Assembly: GCA_024626585.2 (NCBI GenBank)
Contig: JANKJI020000002.1
Location: 51,486,794-51,505,004 of the forward strand
Reading direction: 5' to 3'
Source of the DNA: Ginkgo biloba
Lineage: Eukaryota > Plantae > Ginkgophyta
DNA: 18,211 nucleotides
The notes under the pieces were generated by a model. The model saw nothing but the letters and a program-made list of their open reading frames with translations, had not been told where the DNA came from and searched no databases. A program made the position numbers and the translations under genes. Numbering within the stretch: position 1 is the first letter of the stretch; every line of letters begins with the position of its first letter. Below are positions 10,418-18,211 of this stretch, one piece after another.

Positions 10418-10429
10418 GCTCTGATACGA
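10418..10429 (-). promoter_or_regulatory. PBS-like site (tRNA-iMet, 1 mismatch) next to a possible LTR end
   Basis: Plus GCTCTGATACGA matches GCTCTGATACCA at 11/12 bases. It is followed after 2 nt by TG (10432-10433), i.e. CA-NN-PBS on the minus strand. Confidence 0.5.
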
Positions 10430-11090
10430 AATGAAATATGAAAAACGACACTCGGAGAGGAATGCCCATCTCCATGGGAGTTGAACCTGGTGTAGTCTAT
10501 CTCGGCGTCTAGGCGACAGATGAACACTTGTTGGAAGCCATGCATCTCGGATGAAGCTCCATTCTTTCAAGCGGATCGATGAATTTGCACGCCACCCGCT
10601 ACCCCTATCNNNNNNNNNNGACTTCGTGGTAGCTCCATTGAGAGGAGTCCAAATTAATGCGTCGTTATCCTTCCATGCCCCCGAAATCCATTTTGGTGGG
10701 CCATTTTTTTAAATGCCTCCCGCTGGGAGAAAAACTATGCGGCCCAACAATGTTAAACTGTGCAATTGGCTCTTGACGGACGCAGGGAGAAAAATCTTCC
10801 GTTCATTCGAAGGAATTACAGAGCCAACAGCTCCTAGCGGCCAACAACTTACAGCACATGTGCAATTGACTCTTGAGCCTCAAACGGAAGGCTTTTCTTC
10901 CCGGCGTCCATCGCCATTACTCTCTCAAGGATACCGACAGCCATTACGGACATCAAGCTACTACACGACCTGAACCCTTAAAAACTCTATGCGGGCTCGA
11001 CTACTACGGCGGACTTCTGATGCTGTCCATGAATTGGCCGTTCTATAGTTATGAGGCATTTCCTTGGAATAGCTTGCAATTGTCGGAACA

Positions 11091-11238
11091 ATGTCAATCA
11101 AGCTACATGGGTATCCCCTGTCCACATGCACTACAGTTGTGGCATGTGAACGAGAAGATGGTCATGGATTTCGAGTTAGCATCGGTCAATCTCATGGCCG
11201 GCGCTCATAAACAACATGAAATATTTCTAGCCCTGAAT
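11091..11238 (+). pseudogene. GSTF: Phi-class glutathione S-transferase first exon, frameshifted
   Basis: From ATG 11091: MSIKLHGYPLSTCTTVVAC. After a frameshift at 11148: NEKMVMDFELASVNLMAGAHKQHEIFLALN, followed directly by GTAAAT (11239). This matches the plant GSTF N-terminus (STCT active-site Ser motif, EK-x-x-FE-L-x-x-V-x-L-x-x-G-x-HK, LALN) and the conserved phi intron-1 position just before PFGQVP. Exons 2-3 not found. Confidence 0.88.
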
Positions 11239-12334
11239 GTAAATCCATTATTTTTCTTACAGATCTACTATGTGGGTTTTGTATATAGATTTCCTTATGC
11301 ATGTTTTCATTAAGGATATATATTCTAATGATATAACACTAGATGAATCCTTAGATGGCGATGAATCGACTCCTCTAAGGTTCCCCTGGAGGAGGAAATG
11401 TTGCACACATCGCATGTTTGTTCATGGTGCGGCAATCTAGTCCTCTTCCCTTAGTCACCTCCTCTAGCCGCAATGTTCTCATAACTTGTTTTGTTGTGGT
11501 CTACTTAGAAGCTCCATTATGGTTCCTATGTGCCTTTCCTTGCATCCTCTCGAGTCTCTATGTGTTTTTTTCTTTAGGAGGGCTTAAAGAAGGTTACCTA
11601 GTCATGTTCCTCATTATCCTTGTTTAAGGGGTTGGGTATCCTTGGATGGTTTGTTATTTTAAGGGTTTATTGAAATGGTTTTTGTGGGGTTTAATGAGTT
11701 TAGTTGAGTTTCTCCTAGTTCATCATCCCCTCCTTTCTTTTTAATACATATTCATGTTTTATTGGTTTTTCACTCATTCAAGGGTTTGTGCCCCTCTAGT
11801 TTGGGGGTTTTCTAAATGATAGTAGAGGGGCCATGAGGGTGGGATTGGTGCTTAGAATGCATCTCTACCTCCGAAGATACCCATCACTATCTCTGGAGCT
11901 ACCCATAACTACCTGTTGTCTTCCTTCATGTTTTAGTTTGCTTAGCTTTAGANNNNNNNNNNNNNNNNNNNNNNNNNNNNNNNNNNNNNNNNNNNNNNNN
12001 NNNNNNNNNNNNNNNNNNNNNNNNNNNNNNNNNNNNNNNNNNNNNNNNNNNNCTTCATGTTAAGTCTTTTAGTCTTAAAATTAGTTCAGAAAGCATACAT
12101 GATATATGGATTTTAATGTTTAATGGAGAAAGAAATCAAAATGGGATTGGGATATGATTTATCCTTAGGAGTGCATGCATGCATAGTATTCACAAAACTA
12201 TGTATCAAACCTTCGCATCCATATAAAGAAGATGTTTACATAAAATTAAGAAAGAGAGAAGGTATAATATTCACAAAATTATCACCCTCAAGGACCACAC
12301 CTCCTCATCTATATAAAGAAGTTGTTTGTAAATC

Positions 12335-13690
12335 TCTATGTAGATAAATCATTAATTTACTTGGATAATATATCTATATTTTCCAAAGAGAGTGTGAATC
12401 ACATTGATAATCTTAGGATAAAATTTGAGAGATGTAGGAGTTTTGGCATCTCTCTTAATCCTAAAAAGTTAAGATTGGAGTTGATTGAAGGGAAGTTGTT
12501 GGGACACATTGTCACTTGGAAGGCACATATATAGACCTAGAAAGAGTAAAAGTAATTCAATCTATATAGATATCATCTAATAAGAAGGTTGTTCAGTCTT
12601 TCTTAAGAAAGATCAATTTTATAATGAGATTCATCCATGATTTTATTGACATTGTGTGATTGATTACTTATATTTTAAGGAAGGATGTGGATATTAAATG
12701 GATGAAAGAGGATAAAGAGGAATTTTTAAAGATAAACGATGATCTCATGACATATCTAGTGCTTGTACCACACAATTTTAAGAAAGAATTCATCATTTAT
12801 TCGCACACTTTAGAGAAAGAAATTATGCATTGCCTTGTTGTAAAAAATATGGTGAGAACCATGAGCGCCCTATTGCCTTTATGAATAAGGTGTTGAAGTA
12901 CTATGAATTAAGATACTCAAAATTTGAGAGGTAGACCTATTCCTTGATTAAGGAAATCAAATATTTTAGGTTATATATTCTATTGAATCATACTATAGCT
13001 TATGTGCCATTTACACCAANNNNNNNNNNNNNNNNNNNNNNNNNNNNNNNNNNNNNNNNNNNNNNNNNAGATCGAAGAATATTATTTGGATATGAGGCCC
13101 AACAAAATTTTCAAAGATCAAAGGTTATGCAAGTCATCGATTGATTCTCTTATAGATTCATCGCTAAAATAATAGGAGGTGAATGCGACAAATGTCAAAA
13201 TTGACATGGTTCCATCGAATCCTATGTCAAGATACCAAAAGTTGATCTTCTATTTATGTAATATGGTATGCCCTGATGNNNNNNNNNNNNNNNNNNNNNN
13301 NNNNNNNNNACCAACTTTGTTCTAGTTAATGACAATATTTTTAGATGAAGTTATGATGGTATGTTGCTAAGGTGCCTTGAAGCAGAATAAGCGTAAAATG
13401 TGTTGAATGAATTTCATTTAGACATTTTTAGAGGACATTTTTCTTCTAAGACCATTGCTTATAAAATTATTCAAGCAGGGTATTACTAGCGTGGTTTATT
13501 CGAAGACACTTTCAAGATGGTCGACACATGTATTATGTGTCAAAATTTTATGGGAAAATAAATTCTGGCATCCATGCCTTTGCAATTGATTATAGTTAAG
13601 AAGCCTTTTACTCAATGGGGTGTAGATTTTGTTGGTCCCATAAATCCAAATTCTAGCAAAGATCATACCTATATCTTAACTTATATCGAT
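12335..13690 (+). mobile_element. Degenerate Ty3/gypsy pol fragment: RT (from YLDD) - RNase H - integrase HHCC and core start; non-chromovirus (Tat-like)
   Basis: IYLDNISIFSK...FERCRSFGISLNPKK...GKLLGHIV; VQSFLRKINF; PIAFMNKVLKYYELRYSKFER; IEEYYLDMRPNKIFKDQRLCK; EFH...GHFSSKTIAYKIIQAGYY*...CIMCQ; PFTQWGVDFVGPINPNSSKDHTYILTYID. The RT-RH-INT order is gypsy. Confidence 0.95.
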
Positions 13691-13826
13691 TNNNNNNNNN
13701 NNNNNNNNNNNNNNNNNNNNNNNNNNNNNNNNNNNNNNNNNNNNNNNNNNNNNNNNNNNNNNNNNNNNNNNNNNNNNNNNNNNNNNNNNNNCAGTTATAA
13801 ACACTAGAGGGTTTTTAAAAATAATT

Positions 13827-13957
13827 TAACACCTTTTACATGTGACCAAGGCTTAATCATTTAGGGGATAGAGGTTGACTTCAACAAAGTTTTCAAATGA
13901 ATTAACTTTATCTTAATATTTGAAAACCTAATAATTTTGGAAATAATTCAACACCTC
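13827..13957. repeat. Diverged direct repeat, copy 1 (partner at 16061-16192)
   Basis: TAACACC-TTTTACATGTGACCAA...AGGGGATAG...AAGTTTTCAAATGAATTAA...AATATTTGAAAACCTAATAATTT aligns with TAACACCATTTTACACGTGACCAA...AGGGG-TAG...AAGTTTCAAAAATAATTAA...AATATTGAAGCCTAAAAATTT. Confidence 0.7.
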
Positions 13958-15629
13958 TCCCTATGCATCATCATGGTCATTCATTCTCTTCATTACATGT
14001 CAATTGGGATTTAATGTCGATCTAACTCCCTTGGCATCTATCACCCGACATGGACCTCTGTAGATAGGTCTTCCAACCAATTGTGGCCTCTCTACACCAT
14101 TGGATGTAGTATGTTCTACCGAAAGCATCTCTTCTCATAGTCACTTCATTATGCTAGACATCAAACCAATCAGACTGCCTTTTGTTCATAGTCATCCCAT
14201 TACCATGAGACCATAGACAGTCACCTCTATAATGGTCATCATTCTATAATTTTTTCATTAAAATATGGGTTTCCATTAAAACATAGGGATATCACTATAA
14301 AAATAACAACTCTTCAGGGTCTCCCATTCTTCTTCACTGCCTATTTTACCAATTCCATAGCTGCCATAATACCTTGGTCCATACATTAAAAAAACAAGGG
14401 TCTCCACTATACACAATCACTATAATATTGGCCTTGGAATTCTAGTGTAAATACCATGGTCTAATGTCATATTATCATTTTCTCCATAATCTGTAAAATC
14501 TTCAATCATTGTACCCACAATAGAAACTATAACAAGTTTTCAATAGTAAATGGATTTTAATACATTCTACAAACTTAACCATCCAATAGTCAACTAAATC
14601 ATCTGAATAATATTCAACACTTAGAAATAGAGATGCCTCTCACTTCTATGGACACAAATAAATTCACCCTATGTAATCTTTACCTTATGCAATAAATTCA
14701 CATTACAAATCTTCAAGGTCTTTAGTCACAAAAAAAACTTGGAAACCCATCGGTTCCTCGGTTATCAGTGTTCATCTTTTCAATCTATAAATTTGGATGA
14801 AAATATTAAAATATTAAACTTCATAGGGATTTTAACATAGANNNNNNNNNNNNNNNNNNNNNNNNNNNNNNNNNNNNNNNNAAAATAATATGTAAGCATA
14901 AAACAACCGTTGGGTCACAAAAAAATTGCTTACAACATAGGCTAGGAATAATCGGGTCTTCAAAAAATTAACCAACCGTAACTATAGCACAAGATCTCCA
15001 AAAATATGATCCCTTTAGACTTCAAACCCTTAACATTAAAAATAACCCTAAAATATATTTTTTTATAGGTTATAATACCAAAAACCCCAAACATANNNNN
15101 NNNNNNNNNNNNNNNNNNNNNNNNNNNNNNNNNNNNNNNNNNNNNNNNNNNNNNNNNNNNNNNNNNNNNNNNNNNNNNNNNNNNNNNNNNNNNNNTTTTT
15201 ATCAATTTTTAATAAAAAACCAACTCGTGATTAAAATTGAAAAATATAAGTATAGATTTATGTAAATATCCATAAGGGAATACTTGTATAATTTCCAACA
15301 AGCTTCAAAATGAGCCCAAGAGGATGAAAAATGGAGTTGGGGATCAAAAGTTATGGGAAAAGTCATAGTTTCTAAAAAAAAAGTTAAGATTGCATGTTTT
15401 TCTTATAATGAAAAAATTTTTTGGATATAACTTCTTCGTGTGATGTTATATGATTTTAAAACCACTAGAAATCATCCTAGATTAGGGAATTTTCTTAACT
15501 TCTAAGTTTAAAATTTTGAGTTAATACTTTTAATAGTGTTAAACTTTAAAATTTACTTGCATGTTTAACACTTCATTAAATTTTAAATTTTAGGGTTTAG
15601 GGGAGTTTGAGATTATTAAAATTTTAAAG

Positions 15630-15928
15630 TTCAAGAATCATAAAATAACACTAGAATAAAGTCATAACAACATTAGAGAAAAACACTTTATTAATAATGG
15701 TACCTACTTATAATATCTATAAATTGGCATTGAGGACCTGCTCAAATCGAGAATCGATAAGCACCTAATAACAACCTCTCCAATATAAAGAAATACAAGT
15801 GACTCTTTAGTTATAGACACTTCACATTCTAATGAACCCATGAAATTTCTCTTAACCTTTTGAATCCCAATGACCCTTAAACCTAGAAAATTAATTTATG
15901 TTGAATAATTTATCAACATTCCCCCCTT
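15630..15928 (-). mobile_element. Polypurine tract plus start of a 3' LTR (copia-like)
   Basis: Minus strand TTTAAGGGGGGAA-TGTTGATAAA: PPT at 15919-15928 directly followed by TGTTG at 15918. AATAAAGTG occurs further in (about 15690). The far LTR boundary is approximate. Confidence 0.65.
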
Positions 15929-16060
15929 AAACTAATATTCTATAATTACATTTAAATTTGGGTCATAAAATTAACTCAAAAACCCCTAAAACACCCTTAG
16001 CCAATTAAATTAAACCTATGTGACTATTATTTTAAATATTGGGAGCTTCTAAACTTTTTT

Positions 16061-16192
16061 TAACACCATTTTACACGTGACCAAACTTTTAAACATGAGG
16101 GGTAGTGTGGAAGATTTCATTTAAGTTTCAAAAATAATTAAATCACATGAAAATATTGAAGCCTAAAAATTTATCAAAAAGTTTAAATACTC
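16061..16192. repeat. Diverged direct repeat, copy 2 (partner at 13827-13957)
   Basis: Same alignment as copy 1. Confidence 0.7.
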
Positions 16193-16788
16193 ATCAAGAT
16201 TGCTCAACCACTACCACTTTATTTTTCTACCCAATTCTTGATATTTCTCATCGATCGATTACTTTAGATCACTCATCCTGTAGTACTACATCTTGATCCC
16301 TACAACTCTACTTCAAATATTATATCATAAATACCTATTATGAATGATTTCTCCCTTCAATCATCAGATCAATGTATGGAGTTTAATATTTCCACCAAAT
16401 TCCTTCATGTTGTTGCTCTTCACCATGGTGATTCTCTTCAAGATTAATGCCATTCATCTCTTACAAATGATATCCCATCCCATCTTTATAGGTTAACATT
16501 GTAAATCTCCATCACCAACTCTCCAATGCCACCATCAAACATTTAGATCTCAAATTCATAGGTATGTAGTCTCCCTAAGTCATGGATTCCATTAAAAACT
16601 CCACAGATCCATTGGTTCATCTCTTCTATGATGTCTTTGAGTTCTACAATAGACTTTATCTCATGGCCTCTTTTCTAATTCAAACTCCNNNNNNNNNNNN
16701 NNNNNNNNNNNNNNNNNNNNNNNNNNNNNNNNNNNNNNNNNNNNNNNNNNNNNNNNNNNNNNNNNNNNNNNNNNNNNNNNNNNNNNNN

Positions 16789-17594
16789 AAGAAAAAAATA
16801 TAATAGTAGCCAATGATTCCTTGAAAAAATAGGTTGAATATAAATCTATAATAGATAATAGTGTAAAAATAACTGCTAACTTTTTGTATATAAATATAAT
16901 TATGATATTTGAATGTCTTATAGAACTATTAAGTAAGAAAGGGTCATATTTCCTAAAAAATATAGAATAAATTTTAACTAAATAAGATAGTATTCATCAT
17001 AAGAAGATTACTCCCTATTATCCTAGATATAATGGATTGGAAAAATCATATAATATAATTATATGTAATTCTCTAACAAATACATGTGATGTTGCTTGTA
17101 AGAATTAGGTTGAAAAACTACATGCATTATTATTAGAATCTAGAAAAAAACATAAACAATAAACACATCAAACTCCATTTCAGTTAGTATATGGGTAAGA
17201 AGTTATGTTCCTAATAGAATTTCATGTATTAATTCTAAGGATTATATTAAAGGAGAAATGGCATGAAATTAAATCTCTCTAAGAATGATTATCACAACTG
17301 AATAAATTAGAAGAAAAAGGAGCAATGTCTCTATGGCATCAACAAATAATACACTATAGGATGAAAAAGGTGCATAATAAAAAATTGAAAGCAATGATAA
17401 TTCACTAGGGAGATTTAGTTTTGCTTTATGATAATAGATATAGAAACATGAAGAGTAAGCTTAAAACAAGGTGGTTTGGACCCTACATATTGGATAAATT
17501 ATTTCAAAATGGATCTTCTTCATTATAGAAGTTAACTAGAGAAATGGTACCAAGAAAAGTGAATGGTGTTAACTTAAAGATATTAAGATCTTAA
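16789..17594 (+). mobile_element. Degenerate Ty3/gypsy integrase core and GPY/F module (Athila/Phygy-like), no chromodomain
   Basis: One frame with about 10 stops, missed by the ORF track: NIIVANDSLKK*VE...TANFLYINIIMIFECLIELLS...HHKKITPYYPRYNGL...TPFQLVYG*EVMFLIEF...GDLVLLYDNR...KLKTRWFGPY...VNGVNLK. Confidence 0.93.
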
Positions 17595-18211
17595 ATAGGA
17601 AAGAAAATAATATAAATATGTATATGTAGGTGATATATATATTAGATAAATAAATATAAGAAATAAAAGTAATATAATTATTATAAATGGGATTTTATGG
17701 ATTAGTGTATACTCTTATACTAGGAGATCACATCTAACTTCCATACATGATATAATTTATAAATTTGATTATTATTGCATGATGAAACGTACCAAAAAGT
17801 GTATTGATTTTCTCTTTATTAATAAAAATAATATGACTCCTTACTATGCATATCTTCAAGCTCAAAGAATCCACTTAAGTCATCTCTAACTCCAAAAGAT
17901 CATGCTCTTTATTCACTTATTTTCTTTATTTTTGATAAAATTACCATATTGTTTAGTCGTGTGNNNNNNNNNNNNNNNNNTATATATATACTATGTCAAT
18001 GCATGCCTTTGAGGTGCACATTTACATGGTATCGTTGATCAGTTTCATACTTACATGGTATTTGAATGATATTTTTGCAGAGATAGTATCCTTTCACCTT
18101 ATCTGTGAACACATTTTTCCCTAAAAATTTATCATTTCTTTATGAGAAGGATTTATCCTGGTGATTTCTAGAACTTTATCTATATGTAACAACCTAGACT
18201 TCACTATGGAA

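Noticed and set aside
10351-10566. miR166-like pieces (TCTCGGATGAAGCTCCATTC near 10545 and TGGCTCGAGG near 10363)
   Set aside because: About five mismatches to the highly conserved mature miR166, and the two arms do not base-pair into a duplex.
10873-11313. 146-aa ORF as a novel protein
   Set aside because: It is a chance fusion of promoter sequence, the post-frameshift half of GSTF exon 1 and intron sequence, and it starts at TTG.
11354-11368. GAT GGC GAT GAA TCG (DGD-ES) as GSTF exon 2/3
   Set aside because: No PFGQVP upstream, LxLF is missing and no matching splice sites; too short to support.
11329-11952. Possible LTR starting TGATATAAC inside GST intron 1
   Set aside because: The composition is LTR-like, but no CA end, PBS, partner LTR or TSD is visible before the gap.
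15589-15602. (TTTAGGG)2 telomere-like motif
   Set aside because: Only two units, which is common in AT-rich plant repeats.
12335-17594. Joining the two gypsy fragments into one interrupted element
   Set aside because: Both contain the same Y-I-x-x-x-x-D integrase segment (TYILTYID and NIIVAND) and their motif styles differ, so they look like separate families.
18072-18211. Splice acceptor TTTTTGCAG followed by a possible exon
   Set aside because: All three following frames stop quickly and none resembles GSTF exon 2 or any other protein I recognise.

Overview
AT-rich, gap-ridden plant nuclear scaffold, probably a gymnosperm (inferred from the LINE and Ty3/gypsy families and heavy CpG decay). 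Most of it is dead retroelement sequence. There are three Ty1/copia RT/RNase H pieces, two of them forming a ~430-bp inverted pair. There is also a 5'-truncated LINE (APE endonuclease end plus RT start), two Ty3/gypsy pol fragments, gag remnants, and PBS/PPT/LTR ends. In the middle (about 9.8-11.3 kb) a CpG-rich island holds two host-gene 5' fragments head-to-head. One is a frameshifted first exon of a GLAUCE-like BAHD acyltransferase (minus strand). The other is a frameshifted first exon of a phi-class glutathione S-transferase (plus strand), which the ORF track shows only in part, buried inside the 146-aa ORF. I found no intact protein-coding gene, RNA gene or CRISPR array. All translations and alignments were done by hand, and any adjacency across an N gap depends on the assembly.
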